NCBI RefSeq assembly: GCF_009914755.1
Contig: NC_060928.1
DNA length: 64,000 nt
Source of the DNA: the human T2T-CHM13v2.0 reference genome, Homo sapiens
Strand: one strand, 5' to 3'
Position numbers and translations under genes: made by a program. The notes under the pieces are model-generated. The model worked only from the letters and a program-made list of their open reading frames with translations. It did not search any database and was not told the origin of the DNA. Position 1 is the stretch's first letter, and the number at the start of each line of letters is the position of its first letter. Positions 1 to 15,255 of this stretch are shown one piece after another.

Positions 1-969
1 ATCAGAGTGAACAGGCAACCTACAAAATGGGAGACAATTTTTGCAATCTACTTATCTGACAAAGGGCTAATATCCAGAATCTACAAAGAACTCAAACAAA
101 TTTACAAGAAAAAAACAAACAACCCCATCAAAAAGTGGGTGAAGGATATGAACAGACACTTCTCAAAAGAAGACATTTATGCAGCCAAAAGACACATGAA
201 AAAATGCTCATCATCACTGGCCATCAGAGAAATGCAAATCAAAAACACAATGAGATACCATCTCACACCAGTTAGAATGGCAATCATTAAAAAGTCAGGA
301 AACAACAGGTGCTGGAGAGGATGTGGAGAAATAGGAACACTTTTACACTGTTGGTGGGACTGTAAACTAGTTCAATCATTGTGGAAGTCAGTGTGGCGAT
401 TCCTCAGGAATCTAGAACTAGAAATACCATTTGACCCAGCAATCCCATTACTGGGTATATACCCAAAGGATTATAAATCATGCTGCTGTAAAGACACATG
501 CACACATATGTTTATTGCGGCACTATTCACAAAAGCAAAGACTTGGAACCAACCCAAATGTCCAACAATGATAGACTGGATTAAGAAAATGTGGCACATA
601 TACACCATGGAATACTATGCAGCCATACAAAATGATGAGTTCATGTCCTTTGTAGGGACATGGATAAAGCTGGAAACCATCATTCTCAGCAAACTATCAC
701 AAGGACAAAAAAACCAAACACTGCATGTTCTCACTCATAGGTGGGAATTGAACAATGAGAACACATGGACACAGGAAGGGGAACATCACACTCTGGGGCC
801 TGTTGTGGGGTGGGGGGAGTGGGGAGGGATAGCATTTGGAGATATACCTAATGTTAAATGATGAGTTACTGGGTGCAGCACACCAACATGGCACATGTAT
901 ACATATGTAACTAACCTGCATGTTGTGCACATGTACCCTAAAACTTAAAGTATAATAAAAAAAAAAAAG
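1..969 (+). mobile_element. L1PA (L1PA3/4-like) 3' end: ORF2 C-terminus, 3' UTR and poly(A); antisense to PDE5A
   Basis: ORF 7..861 is the ORF2p C-terminus ([18 protein letters not shown] zinc knuckle); an extra A near 707-713 frameshifts past the native stop (749-751); G-rich 3' UTR and A-tail. Confidence 0.95.
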
Positions 970-2825
970 ATCTGTGAGTTTCACTGTACGTGAATTTTAA
1001 AACATTTTAAAAGCAAATGAATATGTAATTGCTGAAGGTATGTGAAAGTGGAGGCCCATGTGCCAAGTTCCCAGCTGTCTGGGTAATGTTGAAGCAGGCT
1101 GAAGTCCTGATCATTTGTTCTGTGCTATTAGGGAGGACGTCGCTCCCCAGACGGGGCCAGGGCAAATCCAGCCTCTGGGGGTCAGTAGCTGTCCTGCCCC
1201 AGGAACATCCTGTGGGACTAGAGTCAACCTGAGACTGGGGTTCTTCCCCACGAGGGAATGCTTGGCATAATTATTGATCCTAGTGTTTATCCTCATCCCT
1301 TTGAACAATTAAAAAAAAAATCCCCCTCCTGCCAAATACTAAACTCTCTGCCACACTAGCTTTTAAGTAATGAGGTAAAGCTCTTAAACCTAGAACTAAA
1401 GGGACTTTTTGCCTGCTTATTAGATCTTTCTGTCCCTTGAGATACAGAGATTCTGTCCAGAGACAGAACAGCGCATAGCCATTGCGAGCAAAGTCTCCAA
1501 ATAAGCCCTTTAAAAACTGCCAGAGACACAAAGGTTACATAGCAGAAAACAGCCTGCTGTCTTTCCCATGGCAGGGTACATTCAGTGTTTACTGTTGTTG
1601 TTTAACTTTCCATTCCTCCATTTGTCTGGCTTTGCAACATTCTCATAAGGAGGAAATGGACATTTTCTGACCCCCAAGAGGTGAGAGCTCTGCAGTAGGC
1701 ACTGTCACATTCCTCATCTCACTAGGAATTCAAAACCACCCTGTGTGTTTGCACTTTATGCTGAAACTTTACAAACCAGTCGCCTAAAGCATGGAGAGAA
1801 GAAACTTGCTCAAGGAATCACTGCTCCTAAGCCAGCACAAGACCAAGTCACTTTTGCTACAAAGTCAGACCTCTTTCTTTCCCACTCTGCCTCTCTGCTT
1901 AAGTGAGAGTAAGCCCAAAATGTCAATAAAAAATTTTGTATATCAACATAGGTTATACAAGTTGTATTTCATATCAGAATAATTCCACCACTGTTTATGT
2001 TCACCTTTACACAATACATTGCCAAAAACGACTTCAGAGCCCTGGATCTATTTAATAATGAAGATTTATTTTAAGGGTGGTATCCTGCCTGACGCCAGGT
2101 GTTGGCCTGCAAAGCATAGGCTTACCCCGGACGGTGTTTTTGGATTTGGAGTCTGTTAAATCAGGATCAAGCTTGTTCCATCATTGCCTGTACTTATTAT
2201 GAGTCCATGTCTCTATAGCCTTGTAAAATGTCCTGCCAATAAAGCTTCCTGATAATTACAGTATAGAGTGGTGTGCCCATAATGGGCACCTACTACAAAC
2301 ATAAAAGAAGTAACACAGCAAAAATGGTAAAAAGCAAGTTTTGTGCATCAAAACACTAAATAGGCTGAATAGAATTTAAAAATTAAAGTTGGTATCAAAG
2401 GGGTTGAGAGAATGCCTTCTTTACTAGAGCTGAACTAAGTGTCTGGATCACTGCTGTTGCCTCTACTGGTCTAGCTAACCACATATGTAGCCACTGAAAG
2501 CTAGATATCCATATAATTTAACATAAGATATTCAAGAAAAACATGTGTGTGTGCGTGTATATATATGTACATACATAATTTCTTTACATTCTAAGTCCTT
2601 CATATGGAGAACATAGTTTATTATGTTCTCATAGCCAAAACATAATTTCATCTCAAAATATTTTCCCTCCAAATGGAAGATGTGCCTGAGAAGCTAATCA
2701 TGCATGAAAGCACAGATGCAGACATCTGTCTCACTAGCGAAACTCCTAGTTGTAGGTGTCACCAGCAAAAAAAGACATGACCTCTTCTCCATAGCTGTGC
2801 CAGTTAATATACAATGAAGTATTTG

Positions 2826-4860
2826 TAGGCATGCCTCAGAGATATTGTGGGTTTGGTTTCAGACAATGGCAATAAAGCGAGTTACACAGATATTTTGGTT
2901 TCCCAGAGGATATAAAAGTTATTTTTAGACTATACTGTAATTTCTTAAGTGTGCAATAGCACTATGTCTAAAAAACAATGTACATACCATAATTAAAAAA
3001 TACTTTATTGCTGAAAAATGGTAACAATCACCTTAGTCTTTAGCTAGCTATAAACTTTTTGCTGGTGAAGGGTCTTAACTTTGATGTTGATGGCTGCCGA
3101 ATGATCAGGGTGGTGGTTGCTGACGGACGGGGCTGTTGTGGAAATTTCTTAGCATAAGACAACAATGAAGTTGCCACCACGGATTGACTCTTCCTTTCAT
3201 GATAGATTCCTCTGTAGCATGTGATGCTGTTTGATAGCATTTTACCCACAGTAGAACTTCTTTCAAAATTGGAGTCAATCTTTTCAAGGCGTGCCACTGC
3301 TTTATCAACTAAGTTTATGTAATATTCTAAATCCTTTGCTGTCTTTCAACAATATTCACAGCATTTACAGCAGGGATAGAGTCCATCTCAAGAAACCACT
3401 TTCTTTGCTCATCTATAAGAAGCAACAGTTCATCTGTCCAAGTTTTATCATGAGATTGCGGCAATTCAGTTACATCTTCTGGCTATATTTCTAATTCTAA
3501 TTCTCTTGGTATTTCCACAAGATCTGCAGTTACTTCCAACAGTGATGTCTCAAACCCTTCAAAGTCATCCATGAAGGCTGGAATCAACTTCTTCCAAATT
3601 CCTGTTCATGTTGATAATTTGACCTCCTCCCATAAATCACAAATGTTCCTAATGGGATGTAGAATGTTGAGTCCTTTCCAGAGGGTTTTCAATTTACTCT
3701 TCCCAGAGCCACCAGAGGAATCTCTATTTATGTCAGCTATGGCCTTACGAAATGAATTTCTTAAACAATAAGACTTGAAAGCAGAAATCAGTCCTTGATC
3801 CAATGGGCTGCAGAATGGATGTTGTATCAGCAGGCATGAAAACGACATTGATTTCCTTGTGCATCTCCATCTGAGCTCCTGGGTGACTAGGTGTACTGTC
3901 ACAGAGCAGTAATATTTTGAAAGAAATCATTTTCCCTGAGCACTAGGTCTCAATAGTAGGCTTAAAATATTCAGTAAATCATGCTGTAAACAAAGGTGCT
4001 GTCATCTAGGCTTTGTTGTTCCATTTGCAGAGGACAGGCTGAGTTGAATTAGCATAATTCTTAAGGGCCCTAGGATTTTTAGAATGGTAAGTGAGCACTG
4101 GCTTCTGCTTAAATTCACCAGCTGCATTAGCCCATAACATCAGAGTCGGCCTATCCTTTGATGCTTTGAAGCCAGACATTGACTTCTCCTCTCTGGCTAT
4201 GAAAGTCTGAAATGGCATCTTCTTCTAATAGTAGTCTGTTTAGTCTACATTGACAATCTGTTGTTTAGCATAGCCACCTTCATCAATGATCTTCACTAGA
4301 TCTGGATAACTTGCTAAAGCTTCTCCATCAGTACTTGCTTCTTCACCTTGCACTTTTGTGTTATGCAGATGGCTTCTTTCCGTAAACCTCACGAGACAAC
4401 CTCTGCTAGCTTCTAACTTTTCTTCTGAAGCTTCCTTACCTCTCTCAGCCTTCACAGTATTAAAGAAGTTAGGGTCTCACTCTGGATTGGGCTTTGGCTT
4501 AAGAGAATGTTGTGACTGGCTTGATCTATCCAGACCATTCAAACTTTGTATCAGCAATAAGGCTATTTGACTTTCTTAGCACTCATGTATTCATTGGAGT
4601 CTTACACTTACTTACAGTCTCCTTCAATAACTTTTCCTTTGTGTCCACAACTTGGCTAACTGGCCCAAGAATCCTAGTTTTTGGCCTATCTTGGCTTTCA
4701 ACATGCCTTCCTCACTAAGCTTATTCATTTCTAGCTTTTGATTTAAAGTGAACACTTGAACACTTAGAGAACACTATAGGGTTATCAACTGGCTTAATTA
4801 TAATACTGTTGTCTCTCAGGGAATAGGGAGGCCAAAGGAGAAGGAGAGAGACAGGGGAAC
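2826..4860 (-). mobile_element. Tigger1 DNA transposon, 5'-truncated, with decayed transposase
   Basis: TIR-like taggcatgcctcagagatattg; minus-strand fragments [38 protein letters not shown] typical of pogo/Tigger DDE transposase. Confidence 0.9.
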
Positions 4861-5420
4861 ATGAAGAAGGTGAAAGCTTTGGTGAAGTATGTTCAAGAGA
4901 GAATGGAAGGAAATGGAAATGGCAAACATGGCCTGTATAACTCTTTCAAAGAGTTTTGTTCTGGTGATGATCAGAGAAATGAGGTGGTAAAGCAGATGTG
5001 TGGTCCAATGAGTGTTCTGCTTTTGTTTTCAAAAGCAGATGGGAGAAATAGCAGCATGTTTGTATGCTGATGAGCAGATTTGATAGCAGGGAAAACTTTA
5101 ATGATTCTGGACATAGAGGAGAGAACTGCTGAGCTAATTTCTTTGACTAGGCAAACTGAGATGAGATCTGGCGCACAAATGGGAGGCTGGCCCTTGCTGG
5201 TTCAGACAGTTCATCCCAAGAAGTAAAAGGGTAACCAGAGTATATGGACTCAGATGCTGGAGCAGGAGAAAGAAGTAGGGGAAGTTCTCTTGTGGAAATA
5301 TTCTTCTAATTGTGTTGGCTTTCACTGAAACAGTAAGCAAGGCCATCATCTGAAAGCGGGGATGGGGAGGCAATGTAGAGATTTCAGGGGAGAAGAGAAA
5401 GGATTAGTCTGTAAAACAAT
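4861..5420 (-). mobile_element. L2 fragment
   Basis: gagagaatgg...aactctttcaaagagtttt motif typical of L2; boundaries approximate. Confidence 0.5.
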
Positions 5421-6115
5421 ACATGCAAAAGAAAAAGAGCTAACTGTTTTGTTCCCCACAAACCAATGACTTATTTTAGGAAATATGACAACTCTCCCCC
5501 TTTATAACCTACCTACAAAGCTAGAAAGTATTTCAGATTCTTCCCTCTCCCTCATTCCTCCATCAAATCAATCACTAAACCTACTAAACAGAAGTGTAAC
5601 AAATCCACAAAAACCTCTTTAGCAGCTTTCCTGCCTCTAAACAAAGTACTCTCTCTGCTTATGAACAAATATGGAAGTTAATTATCAAAATATATCAAGT
5701 GTCAAATTATGTGGCTCTGGGTTAGAAGTGAAGAAAATGGTTCAAACTTACTGCTGTAGCCACCCAGATTTTTAAACAATAGGAAATATTTCCTGGCATT
5801 AAAAAAAATTCAGTACCTCCTTTGCATGACATTAGAAGGCTCTGCTTGATCTTGCCTCTGTCTACCTGTCTGACCTCATTTCCAGGCACTTCCCTCCTTC
5901 TAGTGGATGCTCAAACAGTGTAGCAAAGTAATAGACATATTCCCTCTGCTCTCAGTCTGTCAACAGAGGCAGAAAACGATGGTGCAGAAAGATATAATAG
6001 AGACAGACCAATGAGCATTCCCTGTGAATATTAAGTAGTGAGTACTTATATTACGTGCAAACAGAGATCTTATGTAGAACTGTTAGTATTTGTGGCATAA
6101 TATTTTAAAAGTCTT

Positions 6116-6426
<311 letters not shown>

Positions 6427-6766
6427 TCAATAGTTTGCCACCATACAAAGAGGCAAACATCTTCTCTTTTTTCCTTAGTGTTCCCTTTTTCATGCTCTAC
6501 TTCCTCTTTTCCCTCTGATTTAAGACAACCTTGAACACCAATTTTTGTATAAACCTTTGTGTAAACCCAGTCTATATCGCTTCTCCTCTGGTAGTTCACA
6601 ACATTTTTTAGTACATGAAAGGTGAGAACTCAAAATGATTTTAAGAGATCATTTTAATTAATGAGCAGAGTTCCTCTTTTATCCTCTGGCTAGTTTTAAG
6701 GAAAGAGAAAAATAAATATGGATATATATGTTCTATATAATAAATAATGAAAGTACATTAGTACTA

Positions 6767-7266
6767 TGTCTGGTAGGTTAAAGTGTCTCCACAAATTCTC
6801 TGATACTACTCCTTTCAAGAGCTGGAGCCTAATTCCCTTCCTCTTGAGTCGGGTGTAGAACCTAAAGCCTCACTGCTAAAGAACAGAACGCCGGGAAAGT
6901 CGTAGTGATGGACAACTTTGGAGACGAGGTTATATAGAGCACTACTGCTTCCTCCTTGCTCATTTTTTCTCAAATTGCTCACTCTGGAGAAGTCAGCTGC
7001 CATGATGTAAGGACACTGAGCAACTTATGAAGAGCCCACATGGTGAGGAATGAAGCATTTCTCCCAAGAACCTCTTGAAAATGGATGATCAAGCATAAGT
7101 CATGCAGCCCCTGCCCACATCCTGACCGCGTGAGATACCTGAGCCAGAAGGAACCAAGCTTGCTAAGCCACTCCAGAATTCCTGAACCACAAAAACTATG
7201 AGATAATAAATGTTTGTTCAGAATCACTTAGTGTAATTTGTTATGTTGCAAGAGATAACCAATACG
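6767..7266 (+). mobile_element. MLT1 (F/G-like) MaLR solo LTR
   Basis: cagctgccatgatgtaaggacac...gagataataaatgtttgtt...gataaccaatac MLT1 motifs. Confidence 0.75.
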
Positions 7267-8330
7267 GCATAGTACTCATGATTATCAAATAATTTGTAAT
7301 AATCAAATAGATCTAGACTTCTAAATCCAGGTCATTTTCACTCCATTTCATTACTATAAACTGATGCAAAAAAATTTAAAAATTTTTGTAAGATCCTCAT
7401 CTCTTGCTCTTTGATTTACATTCAGCCTGGACTATTAATTTCCATTCTATGATCAAAAGCAAGTGGAGATTTAGCATAGACTATTAATTTCCATTCTATG
7501 GTAGAAGAGAAGCAAATGGAGATTTTTAGATAAGCATTTAACAACAAGGAATACAGGGTATTTAACACTTGATAAAGCACTTTACCTATGGAATCTTAGA
7601 CATTAATGGATGAGTATAGATGTTTGTACATATCTATTGAGAGCAGCAATTTCATTAACAATCACCTTAACTCTTCAAGAATACATGAAAACATGAAAAT
7701 TATTTTATAGTCAAAATTCACCCCAGGGTGCAATTATATGATGTCGGGTTAGATATTATACAAAGAAATGTTTTATACTTCTCTGGTTCCAGACCCCTAA
7801 TACCCATTATTCAGGGACTATGTAAAACTTCTCAAAATTAAATTTATAAATCATCTATTAAATTAAAAATGTAATGCATTCCAAAAAGTGCTGGAATGGT
7901 TATCTTGAAATTACCAATGAAGATAAGCTTCCTATTGAATAAAATATAGCACTCAGTATGAACCAAATTTTCTTATCATTAAAAATAGGATACCATTTGG
8001 GTACACAAAGCCTACCACATTAATTTAATCTTCAGTTTCAAGTTTTTATTCACTTTCTTTTTCTTCTTGATCAGTAATGTAGACTTGGGGATTTCACATA
8101 TTAGCACAGTGTTTTTCATCTGCTGCTCTTAAGAAACATTCTTCTTTTAGGAAAGCAGTTAACATCTTCATAATATATACTTTGTTATTTAAAGGGCAGT
8201 GTGCAGAAGGAAAAAGAAAGGATTGTCACTATCACAACCTCAAGTCCAGAACAAACAGAAACTCTGCGCAGCACTTTTGTTTCTAAAACAAAACTACAAG
8301 AAAGAATACTGTGGGGAATAAATGCAGTGA

Positions 8331-8804
<474 letters not shown>

Positions 8805-9284
8805 AATTTCTAAGTTTTCAAAAACATGTAACTAGCCAATTCTTTAACACTAAAATAGATCTAGATCAACTGGTAGTCTGCTATTAAACTCTGCTTATTT
8901 TTGCAGTTATATTTTCATCTATTTTGACTGAAAATTGAAGGATTATGAATAAAACTGTAACATTTATTTCCTCCAAGTTTACTTGCCAAATTTAAGAAAG
9001 CGGCAGTCAGTACTGTGAGTGTGAGAGATCATAGACAAGGACTCCTTGGCCTCCACACTCCATGGAGATCAAGTATTTGTCATCAGGAGCATTTATGTGG
9101 TTCCTCTCTTGAGGCTGTGAGATAAACACAGCAGGGCACTTTCATCTCTCCCCAGGGATTTCTCTAGCTTCCCTAGTTCAGTCTTTCCTTCGAACTTGTG
9201 TGTTGAATATTGGACTCATTTAACATTTATCTTGTCACCTTATATAGATATTTAATTTTTGGTGTACAAGAGCTACCTCTCCAA

Positions 9285-9597
9285 TTTTTTCTTTTTTTTT
9301 TTTTTTTTTGAGACGGAGTCTCACTCACTCTGTCACCCAGGCTGGAGTGCACTGGCACGATCTCAGCTCACTGAAGCCTCTGTCTCCCAGCCAGGTTCAA
9401 GCGACTCTCCTGTGTGAGCCTCCCGAGCAGCTGGGATTGCAGGCGCATGCCACACACCCGGCTAATTTTTGTATTTTTCGTAGAGACAGGTTTCACCATG
9501 TTGGCCAGGCTGATCTTGAACTCCTGGCCTCGAGTGATCCACCCCCCTTAGCCTCCCAAAGTGCTTGGATTACAGGCGTGAGCCACCGCGCCTAGCC
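9285..9597 (-). mobile_element. Alu (AluJ/old AluS)
   Basis: Poly-T plus full dimer; TSD tacctctccaa. Confidence 0.93.
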
Positions 9598-10230
9598 TAC
9601 CTCTCCAAATTGAAAAAAATTTAAAAGCAAGTATCTTCTTTGCTTCATTAAAAAAAAAAAAAAAAAGAATCTACAAAGTGCAGTGATTCAGCAGTTACTT
9701 GTCAAAACAAGATAATTTAGGAGAAATAAATGAAAATATTTTTAAATGAGCAGACACAATCATAAAACTTAAATTCTAAAAAACATTTATTTTTGTATTT
9801 TGTAGTTGGAATTACATATCTGATTTCATGAATGCCTCAATTTATGAGTTTCGGTAGGTGTTAATCACTTGGATTCGCCAAAGTATAAATCTCATAAAAA
9901 TTAGCTGATACTTTTTGAATCTTTTTAGTTTTTAAAAGGAAGATATACGCTAAAATGCTAAGATATTAGCTAAAATGATCTTTTACCACGTTGTAATGAA
10001 TTTATCCTAAATCCTTGATTTTAACTGCCATATTTGCATCAAAGAATTGCAAGTATATCACTAAGTATGATAAAATAAAATCAAGATGATAAGATAAAAA
10101 GAGAGAAGGAGGAAAGAGCTCTGATTCCAAACTGAATTTCTACTTAATAACTGGAGTTGACATTCAACAATGGTGGTTCAGCCTAGCCTGAAAGACATTA
10201 TTGGATATAATCTCTAGTTCATATCAGTAA

Positions 10231-10318
10231 GAAATTTTCAGAGAAAATTCTTGAGGAATTCAGAGAAATTTCAGATAATTCAGAGAATTCAGAGAAATTT
10301 CAGAGAAATAAGAAATTT
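10231..10318. repeat. Degenerate tandem repeat of a TTCAGAGAA(A) unit
   Basis: Perfect TTCAGAGAA at 10237, 10259, 10279, 10288 and 10299. Confidence 0.85.
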
Positions 10319-11189
10319 GCATTATTTCATAAAGTCCTGCTTTCTACCCCTTATCCTCTCCTCCCCAAATAATCTAGAGAAAAAAAAAAATCAGTAGGCC
10401 CAGAGTGACAAATAGGGCTCTGAGTAAGAGTTAATATTTAGGGTTGGTTATATCAGTGAAGCCACTATAAATAAAAAAGAACACTCATCTTCACTATGTC
10501 AGAACAAGCAATACTTCAGGGGAGGGCAGTATTTCACAAACAGGTCATCTGAGCTAGGGGGAAAGATCTGAGCTTCTCTGTAATTCTTTACTAAACAAAA
10601 AAAGAATTCTGTCTGGTTATAGAAATAATTAATACAAATGACAAAGATAAAAACTGGTCTAAGTGCCCAGGTCTGAAAAATCCAGAATTAACTTTGAAAT
10701 AAATTTAATAGCAGCCGTAAAAATTCACATACCTGTAACTTTTTTTTTCATTATGCTTCATTTGTAGTCATGGTTCTTCTCTGGAGCAGATTGGCTCAGA
10801 TTAGTATGAAACATGCTCCTGTAACTCTTTTATCTCTGGTAAAAATTTTCTTATAAATTCCTCTTAAGGCAATACAGAGGATGTGACTATGATCTCTCTC
10901 TTTTTCTCTGTCATCTCATTTTTCATCTTAAAAAGTCTGTCTGCAGAGCGGTTTAAACACTAACATTGAAGGGCCAGCAGAATACAGGCAGATCTCCTTG
11001 TTGCCACCTCAAGTCCTGCTTCTGCATGTAGCCACATTAAACACATCAGTGTACCTTCCACTCCAACAAAATCAACAATAATTTAAGTGCTTACTGCAGA
11101 GTCTCAAGAAAACACCAATCAGGAGGGAAGCAGAGTGCAGCCATCATCCATAGCAGACTTTTAAGAAATGCTCTTCTCTCTATTATGAC

Positions 11190-11410
11190 CCCTACAGTCC
11201 GAATGCCTGGGTTTGAATCTCAGCTTTGCCAGTTTTTAGTTATGTGACTTTGAGCAAGTTCCCTATATGTTTCATGTCTCAGTTTCCTTTTTTGTTAGGT
11301 AGGAATAAGATAATGGGTTACCTCTTATGGTTGTCATGAAGATTAAATGAACTAATACTTGCCAGATCATTAGCACAGTTTTCACAAGATTTGCTTAATA
11401 AATATCACAC
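11190..11410 (+). mobile_element. MIR
   Basis: cctgggtttgaatctcagct...tgtgactttgagcaagtt...cagtttcc core. Confidence 0.75.
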
Positions 11411-12384
11411 ATGTTTACTGTCTCCTACATACAAGGCAGTTATTTCCAAACTCCTACCCCATACTCCTCAAACTACTCCCTCATAGACACTCTGGACTGG
11501 CTCTCTTCTCTCCCTTGATCACTTTTTTCTTTCTGTCTTTATTCATTTTCTCCAGCCAGTAGCTCTTTGACCTTCCAAAATAAATTATTTTAGCCTTCTA
11601 ACACTTCTCCAGTTTCTTTTTCCACTTTGCCCATTAACTCCATTCTCTAGAAGGGAGTAGGGAGAGGGGAAGATTGCAAAAACTTAACCTCTATGATTTT
11701 TTTCAAAAATTACCATCACAGATGTTTAGTAATATCTATGATCCTTACTTGTAAAAAAAGCACTGCTGTATCTATAACAGTTATGGTTATAACATTAATG
11801 AAAAGAACTCCCAAACATTTTTAATTAGTTGAAATACTTTACAAGAATAAGAGGCAAATAAAGAGCTTAGATATTTCAGTGAATCTTAAAAATCTTCCTG
11901 CATTTTCCGGCCTATGTTATAATTCAGACTTTAGTATTCAGCAGTCAACTACTCCATTAAAACAGCTTTCCAGAGTTGGTACCAATGTCTTTAAAAACCA
12001 GTGTCACTGAAAGGTACCAGGATATTTTGTAAACAATCAATATTTAATGATTCAATAATCACAGTTCTTTTTAGGTTCCTTGGTAATTAGTCAGAATGGG
12101 TATTGGCTTACTCGATAAGGGTGGACTTAGAAAAAGAGAAAACACCAAATTCATTTTGCCTTATTTATGAGGAAAAATAGAGAAAAACATGTTTCTCTTA
12201 AGTTTAAAGTTTCTTAGAGGGTAATCAATAGACTATGTCAGGGGCTGTGTTGGGATCCCAGTTAGCTGAGTACTGGCTTTGGTCCCAGTTAGCTGATTAT
12301 TATGTGGCTAATGACCTCTTCATGCAGCTCTTATTCCTTGTCTCTCTTTAAAGCTCTATTAGTTCTACATCTCCTTTTAAAGAA

Positions 12385-12600
12385 TAGTAGCTGATGCACT
12401 TCCAGTGTGCCAGGAACTACGTTAAACCCTTCACTCACATGAATGCATTTAATCTTCCCAATAACCCTTTAAGGTAGATCCTTTTATTGCCCTCATTTTG
12501 CAGATGAGGAAACTGAAGATCAAAGGGATTAACCAGTTCCATCCTGGTTTGTCAGCCAGCAACTAAGTGGTAAAGATGGGATTCAAGCCCAGAGCAAGCA
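12385..12600 (-). mobile_element. MIR
   Basis: cattttgcagatgaggaaactgaag core. Confidence 0.75.
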
Positions 12601-12991
12601 ATCTTAATAATTAGTCCCCAAAGCCTCCCTGCAACTTTCCATTTTGGTTTAAAATTTTCACGACAAAGAGTAGTTATGTGTACATAAAAAGCAAACACTA
12701 CTCTGAGTTTGTTTATACAGATATAAATTTAAAGATAATTCTGGAAGTCAAATATTGCACCTTGTTAGTGGCCTGGGTTTATTTTTTGGCCAGCCAAATT
12801 ACTTTTTATATTATAACAGCCACGCTTGATAGTGTGTCTGTTCTGTCTCTCTTCATTCTTTTCTCTGAAAACGTTAATTCTCAGGAGAAATAATTTTGAA
12901 CTTGGCAGTGTGAACCTGGGAGGAAAGGGAGCAAGATGAGAAGGAAGGAGAATGGGGAGGGTCAGCAAGATGTTTAAAAAGCTGTGTTCTG

Positions 12992-13641
<650 letters not shown>

Positions 13642-13644
13642 TTA

Positions 13645-13865
13645 CAGATTGAACATCCCTTATCCGAAATGCTCGGGACTTAGAAATGTTTCAAGTTTTA
13701 GATTATTTTTGGATTTTGGAATATTTGCATTATTATCAGTTGAGCATCCCTAACAGAAAAATCCAAAATGCTTCAATGAGCATTTCTTTTGAGGGTCATG
13801 TTAGCACTCAAAAAGTTTCACATTTTGGAGCATTTTGGATTTTCAAATTAGGTATACTCAATCTG
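13645..13865. mobile_element. Tigger4a/MER46A MITE
   Basis: TA|cagattgaacatcc...tatactcaatctg|TA terminal inverted repeats with TA TSD. Confidence 0.8.
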
Positions 13866-14159
13866 TATTTAGTCCCCAGTGAAGCTACTGAAGATTTTTT
13901 CATCTCATGAAATGCTTAGTGTAAGAGTCCAAGGCTCATATTAAGTCACCACAAGGTAAAACAGACACCAGCAGGAGAGGATGTGAGAGCACAGAGAGAG
14001 ACATGAGAAAGCTCAGGAACCCAGCAGAAGTCTAAAGGAGAGAGCTTCGGGCTATTTGGGGATCTGTGGCCAAACCCACTTCAATCAGATCTGTAAGAAG
14101 GCAGCAGGTCCTTGGCTAAGAGTGGGGTTACATATTCATGTAATGAAATTTAAATCATC

Positions 14160-15255
14160 TCTCAGTAGAATGCCTAGAATTAAAAAGACTGATACACTAT
14201 GTGTTGCCAAGGATGTGATGTAAGGGGAACTCTCATACACTGCTGATAAGAATGAAATATGGTACAGCTACTTTGGAAGAGTTTGGAAGTTTCTTATCAA
14301 ATTAAATAAATACCTACCATATGACTTAGCAACTGCCCTCCTATGTATTTACCCAAAAGATGTGAAAGCATAAGTCCACACAAAGGTCTGTATGCAAACA
14401 CACTGACAGCAGCTTTGTTTTGTAATAGACACAAACTGGAAATAACTGAAATGTTTATCAACTGATGAATGCATAAACAAATTGTAGTATATCCATACCA
14501 TGGAATAAATCACTCAGCAATAAAAAGGTACAAACTACTGATACATCCAACAGTAGGGCTGAATCTCACACCCATTAGGCTAAGTGAAAGAAGCTACATA
14601 CAAAAGACCACATACTGTATGATTCCATTTAAATGACATTCTAGAAAAAGCAAAACAATAGTGACAAAAAGCAGATCAGTGCTTGTCAGGAGCTGTGGGT
14701 TAAGGGAGGAGGAGATCAACTACGAAGGGGTACAGGGGAACATTTGAAGTGACAGAAATGTTCTATATCTTGATTGCAGTGGTGGTTACATGATCGAATA
14801 TACATATCTCAAATTCATCAAATTGTACACTTAAGCTGGGTAAATTATATTATATGTGTATTAATCTGTTCTCACACTGTTCTGAAGAAATACCTGAGAC
14901 TGGGTAATTTATAAAGGAAAGAGATTTAATTGACACACAGTTCCTCATTGCTGGGGAGTCCCCAGGAAACTTACAATCATGGCAGAAGGCAAAGGAGAAG
15001 CAGACACCTTGGGCGGCAGGATGGTGTGAGTACAAGTAGGGGAAATGCCAGATGCTTATAAAACCATCAGATCTCATGAGACTCACTCACTATCACGAAC
15101 AGCATGGGGGAAAACGCCCACATGATCCAATTACCTCCACCTGGTCCCGCCCTTGATACGTAGGGATTATGGGGATTATAATTTAAGGTGAGATTTTGGG
15201 TGGGGACACAGACAAATCATGTCAGTACGCGAATTATATCTCAATATAGCTGTGT
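14160..15255 (+). mobile_element. Old L1M 3' end, interrupted by a THE1 LTR
   Basis: ggaactctcatacactgctg...tgtatgattccattt...aattgtacactt L1M motifs; resumes after the LTR. Confidence 0.75.
14857..15224 (-). mobile_element. THE1D-like MaLR solo LTR
   Basis: gagactgggtaatttataaaggaaagag...aaacttacaatcatggcagaagg...ccacctggtcccgcccttga. Confidence 0.85.

Noticed and set aside
7-861. 284-aa ORF
   Set aside because: L1 ORF2 C-terminus with a frameshifted tail, not a host gene
3040-4455. Transposase-like ORFs as a domesticated TIGD-type gene
   Set aside because: Split over several frames by stops and frameshifts; an ordinary Tigger1 relic
10733-10835. Possible cryptic exon ending at CAG|GTATGT
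   Set aside because: The candidate acceptor has a poor polypyrimidine tract and there is no other support
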